Positions 13,810 to 26,214 of a stretch of 47,516 nt of DNA are shown piece after piece. The stretch covers positions 31,228,957 through 31,276,472 of the forward strand of contig NC_057719.1 of assembly GCF_004010195.1 (NCBI RefSeq), given 5' to 3'. Origin of the DNA: Chiloscyllium plagiosum (Eukaryota). Made by a program: the position numbers and the translations under genes. How positions within the stretch are numbered: the first letter of the stretch is position 1; the number at the start of each line of letters is the position of its first letter. The notes beneath the pieces were generated by a model. That model saw only the letters and a list, made by a program, of their open reading frames with translations. It ran no database searches and was not told the origin of the DNA.

Positions 13810-15626
13810 GATGTAGGACCATTTAGCGCAGCCACTTTGGCGCGAGCGATTCAGTGCGGCCGGTTTGGTGCGACTAATTTTGGTGCGAGCGATTCTGCGC
13901 GGTTCTTATTTATTCCTTTTCAGGCTTATTTACAAGCATTAATGAAAGCAATAAAAATGTTTATTCTCTTCAGTAAAAATGTTTAAAAAGTAAAAGTGAA
14001 AGAAATAAGGCAAATACAAAATTATTGATGGCGTTTTAATGAGTTTTATTTTAATAAATTGTATATTAATGTTTTATTTTAATAAGTTTAATAACTACTA
14101 CTGATTAACTACAAAACAGTTCTGCGCCAAATGGGTCTGTGCCAAAATATAGAACAATATAGCACAGAACAGGCCCTTCGGCCCACGATGTTGTGCCGAA
14201 TATTTGTCCTAGCTTATGATGACTTATTCTGACCATACTATTCTTTCTAAGTGTGCGGCGAGGTCTTCCTCAATAATAAATTTTAGCACTTTCATCATAA
14301 TAGATGTCAGGTTAACTGACCTGTAGCTGCTGGTTTCTCTCCCTCATTTTTTTTATTTACTGAGTTACAGCTAAAAAGTTACAGCTTGTAACACCATTTA
14401 CAGCAAATAATACCTCAGAAGTACTGAGGTCAAAGAAGATCAGCCTAGAATAATCAGATGGCGAGCTCAAGTAGACTGACGGGTAACTATTTTAAACTAT
14501 CACTGGCTCAGATTCAGAAGTTGGCAGGTGGCCATTTGATCTACTGTGCCCATGCTGCTCAACAAAGCGCTGACTACACTGATCCAATTTCCAGCTTTTG
14601 GCCCATAGTCCTAGAGGCTATGGCAATGCATTTGAATGTCTAAATATCTAAATACTGCACAAATCGTTCAAACGCAACCACTCTTTCAGGCAGTGTGGTC
14701 AAAACTCCCATTATATTCTGGGTGAAAACATTTTCAATCTCCCCTTAGCCTTCTGCCTTTAACCTTAAATCTATGCCTCTAATGGAATAAGTACCTATCT
14801 ATTCACCCCATCTATGCCCCTCAAAATCTTGGACATCTCAATCAGGTTCCCTTCTCATCCTTCACTGCTCTAAGGAAAACAATCCCAGTCTATTGAATCT
14901 TTCCTTATTTCAGACCCTCTCGCCCAGGCACATTCCTAGTATATATCCTCTGCACCATCCATCATACGACCACATTCTGTAACTTGGTGACCTGAATTGC
15001 GTATAGAACTCCAGTTGTGGCTTAACTCACGTTTTTACAGTTTCAACATAACCTTCATTGCTCTTGTATCCTGTGCCTCAACTAATAAATAGCCCATCTG
15101 CCATCTCAATCGCACCTACTTGCCCTATTACCTTATGGAAGATGCATACACAAAGATTCCACTGATTTAGAGTACTTTCCAAGTTATATCATTTATAGCA
15201 GAGTCCTTTGCCTTGTTAGCCTGCCCCAAATACAGTACATCATTCTCCAGGTTGAATTCCATTTGAAACTGCTCTGTCCATTGATCGTCTAGTTTATAGC
15301 TATCCTCCTCACTGTAAACCACCCAGTTTTCATGTCATCCACCAACTTCTTGACCTTATCACCCATGTTCAATTCCATATCATTAATGTACATCACAAAC
15401 AGCAGGAGCCCTAGCACCAAGCCCGAAAGAACCCCAATGGAAACAGTCTTCCTGTTACAGCAACATCCCTCTATATTTTAATATTTTTAATAATTTTAAT
15501 AATTTAATAATAGTTTAATAACTACTACTGAATAACTACAAAACAGGTCTGCGCCAAAATGGGTCGCGCCAAACCGGCCGCGTCGAATTGCTTGTGCCAA
15601 AGTGGCTGCGCCGAATGGTCCCACTC
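13810..15626. mobile_element. Non-autonomous DNA transposon with ~71-bp TIRs, itself interrupted by CR1 fragments
   Basis: 13816-13886 is the reverse complement of 15551-15621. Imperfect 9-bp flanks atagtccaa/agagtccaa. Confidence 0.8.
14148..15470 (-). mobile_element. CR1 fragments inside the MITE
   Basis: Reverse CR1 tail (atagaac...ggcccttcggccc) at ~14150 and an old minus-strand CR1 body at ~14570-15470. Confidence 0.72.
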
Positions 15627-16381
15627 AGAGTCCAAGTTTATTTGAAAGCAGTAGCTTTTGGAGTGCTGTTCCTTCATCAGAACCACCTGATGAAGGAGCA
15701 GTGCTCTGAAAGCTAGTGCTTCCAAATCAACCTGTTGGACGATAACCTGGTGTTGTGTGATTTCTAACTTTGTCCAGCCCAGTCCAACATCAGAGATAAT
15801 CCTGGAAATTACAGGCCTGTAAGTCTCATGTCGGTGGTAGGGAAATTATTGGAAAAGATTCACTAACAAGATAAAAGTCCATTTGCTTCTAAATGCATAT
15901 TAATGATAGACAGCATGGTTTTATGCAAGGGAGGTTGTGCCTCACTAACTTGACAGTGTTTTTTGAGGAGGTGACGAAGATGATTGAGGGAAAAGTGGTT
16001 GATGTTGTCTACATGGACTTCAGTAAAGCCTTTGACAAGGTCCCTCATGACAGACTGGTACAAAAGGTGAAGTCACATGACATCAGGTGAACTCACAAGA
16101 TGGTTATGGAACTGGCTTAGTCATAAGAGACCGGGTAGCAGTGTAAGGATGCTTTTTGGAATGGAGGGCTGAGACTAGTGTTCCATAGGGATCATTACTG
16201 GAACCTTTGCTGTTCATGATCTACACAAATGATTTAGAGGAAAACATAGCTGGTCTAATGAGTAACTTTACGGAGGACACAATGATTGGTGGAGTTCTGG
16301 ATAGTAAAGAGGATTGTCAGAGGATACAGCAGGATATAGACCAGTTGGCGGCTTAGGTAGAAAAATGGCAGATGGAGTTTA

Positions 16382-16680
16382 CAGATTAGATTACTTAGTG
16401 TGGAAACAGGCCCTTAGGCCCAACAAGTTCTCACCGACCCTCCGAAGAGCAACTCACCCAGACCCATTCCCCTACATTTACCCCTTCACCTAACACGCAA
16501 TTTAGCATGGCCAATTCACCTAATCTGCACATTTTTGGACTGTGGGAGGAAACCGGAACACCTAGAGGAAACCCACGCGGACACAGGGAGAATGCGCGAA
16601 CTCCACACAGTTGCCTGAAGTGGGAATTGAACCGGGTCTCTGGTGCTGTGAGGCAGCAGTGCTAACCACTGTGCCGCCCA
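16382..16680 (-). mobile_element. tRNA-derived V-SINE (HE1-like) inserted in the CR1
   Basis: tRNA head, V-domain and CR1 tail. TSD gagttta 16375-16381 and 16681-16687. Confidence 0.9.
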
Positions 16681-18247
16681 GAGTTTAATCTGGACAAATG
16701 TGAGGTGATGCATTTGGAAGGTCAAGTACAGGTGGAAATTATACAGTAAATGGCAGAACCTTTGGGAGTATTGAAGTGCAACAGGATCTGGGTGTGCAGG
16801 TCCACAGATCACTGAAGGAAGCAGCGCAGGTGGATAAGGTAGTAAGAAAAGGCTTTGATGCAAGGGCTATTTAGTATATGAATAAGCAAGTTATGCTGCA
16901 CCTTTTAGAACTTTAGGCAACACTTGGAATATTGTGTATTGTCTTGGTCCCCACACTACCAGAAGGATATAAATGCTTTGGAGGGGGTATAGAAAAGGTT
17001 TACCAGGATGTTGCTTGGTATGGGGGATTCTTGCTACGAAGAAAGGTTGGTTAAACTGGGTTTCTTTTCATTGGAATACAGGAGGTTGTGGGGCAACCTG
17101 AAAGAAGTTTACAAGGTTGTGAACGACATGGATAGAGTGAAAAATAAGAGGCATTTTCACAATTGTAAAGGGGACTTGGGAGCTTCCCTGAATCTGGCCT
17201 CTGTGAGAAAGCAATTTTTCATTAATCTTTGATTCAGATCGGAAGAGACACACTGTTTACAGTGAAATACAGCATTTTTTGTTACAATAATTAATACAAT
17301 GTGGTCACTGTGTCCTTCCCTCTTACTCTGTATACCTAATCCTAAGAGACATCTGCACTATAATGTGCATTCCTATGGACGGCCCCAGGTTCCCATGATT
17401 TTATGGTGTTTACCAGATATTATAATCTCTGGACCTTGATCTTCCAATGCATCCTGTTCATTTGCATTCCAAAGTTACTGGCTCTGCTCCTTTTGGATCT
17501 GTCTCAGGCTTGCTTATCTCTAAGGACAGCTTAAATTCAATTATTCATTATATTTCCCACTATCCCAATTATGTGTAAAAATATAAAAGACAGTTTTAAC
17601 TGCTTGATATAAGATTTGTAATATTGATTTGTTCTAAAATTATGCAGGTACTTCTGTTAGCACTTTGTAATTATTGGGCTGCGAACAATCTGTTTTGTTC
17701 AGGGTGTAAGAGAAGGCATTTCTTGAGACTAACTTTCACACCTGTGTTTTAGTTTTTTTTCCCTAATGTTTGTAGTATACTTTGGTTATATGTGTGTCTG
17801 TCCTTTATGTTGAAAACTGCTACTATGCTTATCTGAAAGACCTTTAACTAGAACCTATTTCATAATATTGCGAGTAACTTCAAGGAAACAACTATTCACT
17901 ACAAAATAACTTCAGCTGTTGTCTTTATTGCTGCTTAGGGAGTCAATCTGGCTGGTGCATGGGTTGAGACTTGCACCTGGTGTTATTCATTTACTGGGAC
18001 AGCCATCTTTTCATTTAATAAAGCTAGGATCATTCAGTTGTCTATGTTTAGGCATCCTCTTATCAAAACTATCTTGGATAGGGGCCCCCTTGCTGACCTT
18101 GGAGTAGTCCTGTTCAAAGGTACCATTATGTTTCACTTTGTAAGCAGGCTGTTTAGTTTTGCTTATTTTTCCCTTGGCCATTTTATGTCATCATGCTGGA
18201 GGAGGCTGTTTCAGTCTATCTAACTCTTGGCCATTTTGTGTAAGCAG

Positions 18248-18447
18248 CTGGAAATGTGTTGCTGGAAAAGCGCAGCAGGTCAGGCAGCATCCAGGGAACA
18301 GGAGAATCGACGTTTCGGGCATAAGCCCTTCTTCAGCTTATGCCCGAAACGTCGATTCTCCTGCTCCCTGGATGCTGCCTGACCTGCGCTTTTCCAGCAA
18401 CACATTTCCAGCTCTGATCTCCAGCATCTGCAGACCTCACTTTCTCC
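18248..18447. mobile_element. Penelope-derived fold-back element, family A
   Basis: Near-perfect inverted arms. 17-bp TSD ccattttgtgtaagcag at 18231-18247 and 18448-18464. Confidence 0.9.
18301..18336 (-). ncRNA. Minimal hammerhead ribozyme core
   Basis: Minus strand CTGAAGA-A-GGGC-TTAT-GCCC-GAAA-C-GTC. Confidence 0.7.
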
Positions 18448-18509
18448 CCATTTTGTGTAAGCAGTCATGGGCCGTTTTGATGTAAGCAGGTACAGGCCAC
18501 CCCTACAGT

Positions 18510-18735
18510 TCACCACCAAATATTTTCATATATGTAAATGATGAAAAGCAATGGACGCAGCACCAATCCTTGTGGCGCACAGCTAACAGGCCTCCAGTCT
18601 GAAAGAAACCCTCCACCATCACTCTGTTTTCTACCCTCAAGCCAGTTCTGTATCCACTGGATAGTTCTAGTATTCCATGTAATCTAATGGAGTTAACCAG
18701 TCTATCATGTGAAGCCTTGTCAAATACTTTGTAGA
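18510..18735 (-). mobile_element. CR1 RT fragment
   Basis: Reverse complement of the CR1 'IQNWL...VMVEG..SDWRPV' region. Confidence 0.75.
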
Positions 18736-18993
18736 AGGAGTTATAGATTTTGGGCTATAGCATCATTGAGGAGAAAGTGGAAACCAGCACGGAGTTGTGA
18801 AATCAGCCATGTTGAATGGCAGAGCAAAATGGCTGAATTCCTCCTCCTACTTTTCCTATGTTTCACACTTTTGAAATCACTCAGAAACTGATCCCTTTGC
18901 ATTATTCAGTTCCATGACTCTGTTATGCAACCCCTACACTTTTTAACTATCCTCAAACTACCAACCAAGTCTTTTGGCTTCTTCCAATAAATA

Positions 18994-19213
18994 TAGTCAG
19001 TTCTTCTATAACGCAATGGTTGGTTTCTTGTGCAACCCCACAGTATAGAAAAATCGCCCTTTAGAAATAGTGCTTTGTGTTGGTAATGTAATAAATAGCA
19101 TTGCAGTCAACACACATTTAAAAAGTTTGTGCTGTAGAAACAGCGTCCCCAGTTCATCAGTTGTGCTACAGTGAATTCAGGTTGACAAAATGTGCATTAT
19201 AACAGAAATCTGT
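18994..19213. mobile_element. Tigger/pogo-like MITE
   Basis: Ends ta|tagtcagttcttctataacgc ... gcattataacagaaatctg|ta. A second copy lies at 22966-23157. Confidence 0.65.
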
Positions 19214-19599
19214 ATCAGAAATGCTCTTTTCTAAATATAGAATGTATTAGCAAAACATCCTGTATTTTGCTGACTTAAAATTTTAAAGAGCACATTCAAA
19301 TATGAATTGTACCATTCCCAAACAGACAAGTAATTAGAGACTCATTGAATCAGTAGTAAAAGTGTTTGTTTATTGCCGAACACGCAATCTGTGAGCCTGC
19401 CCTATTGAGCAGCATTTTAAAATATACAGGCAGTCCCAGGGTTGTGATTGGGTTCCGTTTTGGAGTCAGTGTGAAAGTCGGAACATAGAACCATGTTCAT
19501 ACAGCAAGTGTGTGTATGTCTGCTCTTGAATATTACATCTGTATGAGGCAGCATCATAACCCCTTGAAATCCTTAAAACGTTACTTGGGAAAATACTGT

Positions 19600-19675
19600 C
19601 TGGCCTGCTGTGTTTTTCCAGCACCACATTTTTCAACTCTGGTCTCCAGCATCTGCAGTCCTCACTTTTTCTCCT
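19600..19675 (+). mobile_element. 5'-truncated family A Penelope-derived element
   Basis: Family A 3' tail. TSD aaaatactgt at 19590-19599 and 19676-19685. Confidence 0.82.
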
Positions 19676-20116
19676 AAAATACTGTATACACAAAAGAAAA
19701 CATGATACAATTTATTATACTCAAAATGGCTATACCAAGCATTTTAAAATAGTACATCATTTCACCACCTATGGTAACCAGTACCTTTTTTAAAAAATTC
19801 ATGCCAGAATTTTAAAACATACCAATCAGTGTTGAGTTACAAAAAGATCCATCTCCATTTGCATGCCTTCTATAGACTCTATTTAAAAATCAACAAAACA
19901 AAATCCTTAAGTGGTGGTTTGTTTGTCTGAGGTTGGAAGGCTTTGTTTCTAGCTCAGTTATTTTTTGCAATAGCTTAAATATGAGAACTCATTGCGCTGT
20001 TTGTAATTTCCACTTAAAATTTCATGGTCTGTACTTCAAGTAAGCTAATTTGGGGAATTGTGCAAAATAATCTGCAGATCACAATGACATACCAATGTAT
20101 TTTCATATTCCTACAG

Positions 20117-20284
20117 TGTATTTGAACATGCTGTGTTAGCTGCAGGGACTGACTTTCGCTCAGACAGACTTTGGGAAACTTACATCAACTGGGAAAATGA
20201 CCGGGGAAATCTGGAAGAAGTGACTACAATTTATGATCGGATTCTTGGTATTCCAACGCAGCTTTACAGTCATCACTTCCAAAG
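20117..20284 (+). CDS. PRPF39: PRPF39 coding exon (human exon 5 equivalent), 168 nt
   Basis: ctacag| acceptor and AG|gtacac donor. Encodes VFEHAVLAAGTDFRSDRLWETYINWENDRGNLEEVTTIYDRILGIPTQLYSHHFQR, recognisably PRPF39 HAT repeats. Confidence 0.96.
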
Positions 20285-20985
20285 GTACACTAGAAAATCC
20301 AAAACAAAATATTTTTTTCCACACACTTTTATGGTTTGGTTCAAATCTTGCTTATTGTTGAAAATCTTATTCTCAAAGTTTGAGTGAAGTTTGGAATTGA
20401 TGTGACAAAATCTCAAAACAATTGATTATGGAAATATGAAATTAAGTGGTTAAGTATAGAGTGAGAAAACGTGTTTTTGTCAAGTTGTTTAAGGAAGTTC
20501 GTTCACTGGTTGACTGGGACAGATTCCATCTTGTATGATGTCTGTACATTGGTGAATTAGTGTTAAGATTTTTATTGTTGTATTTTATTGGGCAATTCAT
20601 GAGTATTTTAACTATTCCACAGTTAAAACCATTCTTGACTTTCAAACTACCCTGTTTCCTGACCAATAACCTCTGGAAAAATCAATGAAATGAAACTCAA
20701 AAATTGTGCTGACCTTGGAATATTTTTAAATTCTCCATATTCTTAGTAAATTAAAAGTTGTAATAGTTTATTTTTATTTTTGTGCAGAAATTCTACTACA
20801 GTCAACAAAGGATTAAATGTGAAATTCTCAATAAACTGAATCTTCAGGGTAGGAAAATTCCAATAGTGTATCCCAATATTTTGTATTATAAACTGGAATT
20901 TTCTTTCCTAACTCTTTGTCTGGTAATGAATGACTCATTAATCTACTATTTTACACGAAGTATGAATAATTCTACTGTTTTTCAG

Positions 20986-21145
20986 GTTCAAAGATCATGT
21001 TCAGAATCACTTGCCTAAAGATATAATCTCTTCAGAGGATTTTATTAAACTACGTCAAGAGCTGGCATCCACAAATGAACATTTTGATAATGTTACTCCA
21101 GGAAATGATCTAACAGCTGGAATTGATATAAATGATCCTGCTCAG
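20986..21145 (+). CDS. PRPF39: PRPF39 coding exon (exon 6 equivalent), 160 nt
   Basis: ttttcag| acceptor and CAG|gtaat donor. Encodes FKDHVQNHLPKDIISSEDFIKLRQELAS...INDPAQ, in phase with the previous exon. Confidence 0.94.
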
Positions 21146-21339
21146 GTAATGTAGACTATATATAAATTATGATTATATATGAATCCTGTAGTGATTCTAG
21201 CGTTAAAAATTTATTCTCTACTTCAATATGCAGTCACATGAACATCATAGTTGATTCAGGTGATAGGTTTCTTTAACTTTACTAACTGGGGTTTTGAAAA
21301 GCATAGTTCTAACTGTTTTATTTCTAATCTAATCTGATG

Positions 21340-21970
21340 TCTTATGCTACGGCATTGAGATGTATTTTGACCTGGCTTTTGTTTTTGATAGAAGGTTTTA
21401 AGGCAGAGGTTCCAAGCTGTCTATTGAAAATTCATAAAGTAAACAGCTGGTGAAGCCTTAGTTTTCTTATTAAAGTTGGGACAATAGAAGCAGCTTGAAT
21501 GAATGGGTGTAATCAAGCTCCCAGAAAACCAGAATATTTGCTTGTAGCTTTCAGCAATTGTTGCAGAGATCTCAGCAGGTTTTGGAAACTACAGTACATT
21601 TCTCCCTGTTACACTTTCTCAGAATTTTCTCTTAGTGTTTTGCTGCTGCTGGAGTTGCATTTGAGACTGTGTTTTTCTGAATTTGCCTTTGTCAAGGGTG
21701 TGTTTATGACATATTACTATATTGGAACAGTTAATTAGTAATAAGTTACTGGATCTATTAATTAGTTAATCATTATGATAGAGTTACGGCTAAGCTAATC
21801 TTTTTCTTCTGTTCTTATAGTATATGAATAAAGTGCCTTGCTTGACAATACGTTTAACCAATCAAATTGCATTTGGAATGCAACACCTTATGCTTACATT
21901 TAAAATAAATAAAATCTAGTGTCTACGCTACTTTAAAATATTTGGAGGGGGGTTTGGTCTGGTCTGTAAG
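21340..21970 (+). mobile_element. Probable solo LTR
   Basis: AATAAA near 21827 and terminal ggggtttggtctggtctgtaa resembling fish Gypsy LTR ends. Boundaries uncertain. Confidence 0.35.
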
Positions 21971-22124
21971 TCTATTGAGTTAGTGGCATGATTAGCCCTC
22001 ACTAATGGGTAAAGCCCATTGGGTCTGACTTGTCATTGTATGGCCATGATTGATCAGGTCATTCAGTTTCTTGACAGAAAATTAGATTTAATAAACTTTT
22101 TTGTTTGAAGTGTTACCAGGGCAT

Positions 22125-22590
22125 AAACTGGAAAGAGTGCAAAGAAGATTTAAGAGGATCTTGTCAGGACTCAGGCCTGAGTAGGACTTTATTCCTTGGA
22201 ATGTAGGGGAGTGAGGGGTGACTTTATTGAGGTGTATAAAATCATGGTAGATGTCGATAATATGAATGCATATAGACTTTTTTCCCCCCCAAGGGTGGAG
22301 AATTGAATATGAGAGGGCATTGTTTTAAGGTGAGGGGGGGAAAGATTTAAGAAGAACCTGAGGGCCAACATCTTCATACGAGAGTGGTGCATATATGGAA
22401 TGGGCTGCCAGGAAAGTGGTTGAGGCAGATACATTTTAAAAAAAACATTTAGATAGGCACATGGGTGGGAAGGGTTTAAAGGGATATGGACCAAATGCAG
22501 GCAATTGGACCTGGCTGAGTGGACACCATGGTCAGCATGGACTAGTTTGGGCTGAAGGGCCTGTTTCCATGCTGTATTACTCTATAACTA
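22125..22590 (+). mobile_element. CR1 3' fragment
   Basis: RGDFIEVYKIM and a CR1 3' UTR and tail. Confidence 0.85.
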
Positions 22591-22594
22591 ATGA

Positions 22595-25500
22595 AGCCTA
22601 ATGATTTTGTGGTGTATGTAAATTTCCAAAAGGTATTCAACATATTTCTGCAAAACAGATTTAAACAAAGTTAGAGCTCATGGAATAAAAAAGATGGTAG
22701 CAATGTGGGTATGAAAGTAATTGGTTCAGTGACAGGAAACTAACTGTTAGAAGTGATTTTTTTTTTGGTATGGAGGAAGGTTCTCTGGGTCAGTGCTAGG
22801 ACTTCTGCATTTCCTTAAGAAATTATCTAGACCTTGGGTGTACTGGGGGCAAGTTAAAATTGTGAGCAACAAAAAAAATCTGAAAGCATTGTAAATTGAG
22901 GACACTGTAGAATTTCAAAGGAATACTGACAAGAGTGGGATTGATAAGTGGCAGATTAAGTTCTCCAGTCAGATCTTCTATAATATGATAGTTGCATTCT
23001 TGTGCAACCCCACATTATTAGAAATGCTGCGCTTTAGAAACCGTGCTTAGTGTTGGTGCTGTAATCGCCTTACAGCCAACACACATTTTAAGTTTGCACT
23101 TTAGAAACAGTGTCCCCATTTCATCATTCACATTACAACAAATTTGTGTTATTGAAGCTTGAGTTATAAGAATTGCGTAGGAGTATGCTTAAGAAGGAAA
23201 TCAGGAAGGCAGAAAGGGGACATAGCTTTGGCAAATAGTGTTAAGGAGAATCCAAAGGGATTTTACAAGTACATTAAGCACAAAAGGGTAACGAGGGAGA
23301 GAATAGGACCCCTCAAAGATCAGCAAGGCAGCCTATGTGTAGACGCAGGACATGGGTGAGATACTAAACGAGTATTTTGCATAAGTGTTTACTATGGAGA
23401 AGGACAAGGAAGATATGGAAAAGGGAAAATAGATGGTGACATCTTAAAATGTCCATATTACAGAGGAGAAATCCCCAGGACCTGATCAGGTGTACCTTGG
23501 AACTCCTGCAGGAAGCTAGGGAAGTGATTGCTGGGCCCCTTGCGGAGATATTTGTATTATCGATAAGAGTGGAGGTTGGCAAATGTAGTGCCACTATTTA
23601 AGAAAGGTGGTAAGGAAAAGCCAACAAACTTTAACCAGTGTGCCTGACATCGGTGGTGGGGAATCCTGAGGGGCAGACTTTGCTTTTACTTGGAAAGGCA
23701 AGGACTGATTAGGGATAGTCAACATGGCTTTGTGGATGGGAAATCATGTCTCACTTCTTCAAAAAGCTCAAACTAGTAACGAAGAGGATTGATAGAGGCA
23801 GAGTGCTGGACATGATCTGTATGGACTTCAGTATGGCATTTGACAGGGTTCCTTCTGGTAGACTGATTAGCAAAGTTAGATCACGTGGCATACAGGGAGA
23901 ACTAGCCATTTGGTTACAGAACTGGCTCAAAGGTAGAAGACAGGGTGGTGGTGGAGGGTTGTTTTTCAGATGGGAGGCCTGTGACCAGTGGAGTGCCACA
24001 AGGATCGGTGCTGGGTCCCCTACCTTTCTTCATTTTATATAAATGATTTGGGTGTGAGCATAAGAGGTAAGGGTCTGTTTCCATGCTTTACATCTCTGAC
24101 ATCAAACTTGGAGGTGTAGTGGACAGCGAAGAAGGTTACCTCCGATTACAACAGATCTTGATCAGATGGGCCAATGGGCTGAGAAGTGCAGATGGAGTTT
24201 AATTTAGATAAATATTTTGGGAAAGCAAATCAGGGCAGAACTTGTACACTTAATGGTACGATCCTGGGGGAGTGTTGCTGAACAAAGAGGCCTTGGCGTG
24301 CAGGTCCGTCATTCCTTGAAATTGGATTTGCAGACAGGTAAGATAGTGAAGAAGGTGTTTGGTATGCTTTGCTTTCTTAGTCAGTGCATTGAGTATAGAA
24401 GTTGTGAGGTTATGTTGTGGCTGTACAACACATTGGTTAGGCCACTTTTGTAATATTGTGTGCAATTCTAGCCACCTTCCTATTGGAAGGATGTTGTGAA
24501 ACTTGAAAGGGTTCAGAAAAGATTTGCAAGGACGTTGCCAGGGTTGGCGAGTTTGAGCTATAGGGAGAGCCAAATAGGCTAGGGCTGTTTTCCCTGGAGC
24601 ATCGGAGGCTAGGGGTAATCTTATTGAGGTTTATAAAATGATGAGGGGCATGGATAGCATAAATAGAAGAGTTCTATTCTCTGGTGTGGGGGAAATCCAG
24701 AACTGGAGGGCATAGGTTTAGGGTGAGAACGGAAAGATATAAAAGGGACCTAAGGAGCAACTTTTTCATGCAAAGAGTAGTGAGTGTATGGAATGAGCTG
24801 CCAGAGGAAGTGGTGGAGACTTGTACAATTAGAGTATTTTAAAAGGCATCTGGATGGGTATATGACTGGCAAGGGTTTAGAGGGATATGGACCAAGGCCT
24901 GGCAAATTGAGCTAAATTAATTTAGGATATCTGGTATCTTTTCCATGCTGTACATCTCTGACTCTATGACCTTTATTTGAAGACACAGCACTGTCTACAT
25001 TTTAGTAGAAAGATTGTAGCGAGTGGTATAAACTGAAAAGAATAGCTGGAGCATAGACACCAGGGTGTATGTGCATAAGTTATTCAAGTTGGCAGGAGAA
25101 ATGAGGGAGCAGTTATCCAATATAGAGTATCCAGGCTTTCTTAGTAGCAGCGTAAAGAACATGAGCAAAGTGGTTATGCTGGACTTGCATAAGATACTTG
25201 TTGGACCTCCTTTTTGAGTATTATGTATAGTTATGGCAGCACACTTTAAAAAGGATGTGAATGCATTGGTGAGTGTGCTGAAACAGTTCTATGGGTGAGA
25301 AAATTCAGTTATAAAAATAAATGAAAAGTTAGGACTATTTTTGTTGGAGAAGAGATGGCTAAGGAGATTTGCAAGTTTTCAAAATTGAGGTGTTTGGATA
25401 GAGAGAAACTGTTGCTATTTGTAAAAGGATTGAGGTTGAAGGATACAGATTTGTAATTTGTTAAAAGACAAATATCTCAAGAAGCTTATTGTAAGTAGTT

Positions 25501-25685
25501 AAGATCTGGTATGCAAGTGTGGTGGAGGCAATTTCAGTCAAGGTGGTCGAGGAGAGTGGGTAATTGTTCCTCTTCAAATGTGTAGGGTTATGGGAAGAAG
25601 GTAGGTGAATGACACTAATTCATAATGCTAATTTGCAGAGCTGGTGCAGATGTAATGGATCAAATATGCTGCATCGATCCTATGA
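22595..25685 (+). mobile_element. Old CR1 (~22595-22965 and ~24975-25685) interrupted by a MITE (22966-23157) and a younger CR1 (23158-24970)
   Basis: The old copy's coding remnants resume after the younger copy's ctctatgac tail. Confidence 0.75.
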
Positions 25686-26214
25686 GAAGGAAAAGTAGAT
25701 TCGTTGAATTAGTAATTTGACCTTCACTGAAGAAAACATACAAAATATTAACTGGAATGGCACCTTAAAATAAGTTGTAGAGAGGCATTTATTAGGTTTA
25801 ATATTTATAAGCAACAATGTGGAGCAAGTTATTGGGTTTAAGATTTTCATAGCTCACCCTAGTATGTCTAGAGTAAATGTGAAAAATTTGCAGATGTTGT
25901 TTTAATTGTCTGTTGCTCTTTAGATTCAGAAATTCTGCATTTGGACTGGAAAATTAAATGGTACTGATATTACTTAAAGTGAGCAAAAAACAATTAAGGC
26001 ACAAAGTTTTGTGACTTATTTTCTGTAAACCTAAGTTAGCAAAGAGCCATTGTTAACCATAAGCTGTAGAGGTAAAAGATAAAAATAGTTCTGTGCTTCA
26101 GAATGTGTGGTGGTGACGTTTATCATGAATTTCTATGCCGACTTGTGAAGAGTGAAAGATGTGAGTAGATTAACTTCGTCAGTGTGCACTTACATAGTGG
26201 CTTTCATAAATTGG

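Larger units (their letters stand above)
13773..15790. mobile_element. Penelope-derived fold-back element, family B, split by a MITE
   Basis: Left arm 13776-13809 plus 15627-15680 is inverted relative to 15687-15790. CTGATGAAGGAGCAGTGCTCTGAAAGCTA at 15687-15715. Confidence 0.82.
13035..17160 (+). mobile_element. CR1 LINE split by nested insertions (13773-15790, 16382-16680)
   Basis: RT coding continues across the gap (VVPLFKKGNRDN | PGNYRPVSL). Near-perfect TSD cagggataat 13763-13772 and cagagataat 15791-15800. Confidence 0.88.
17164..18507. mobile_element. Possible LTR/ERV-derived segment
   Basis: Begins tgtaaagggg and ends cccctaca, lies between two CR1 pieces, and has recurring ccatttt..gtaagcag motifs. 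No clear TSD. Confidence 0.3.

Noticed and set aside
13816..13902. CRISPR-like or coding periodic repeat
   Set aside because: Degenerate 15-bp units without spacers, mirrored at 15551-15621 as a TIR, in a eukaryotic context.
19427..19500. Tigger-like left end (ta|caggcagtccc)
   Set aside because: No matching right TIR was found, so no element could be delimited.
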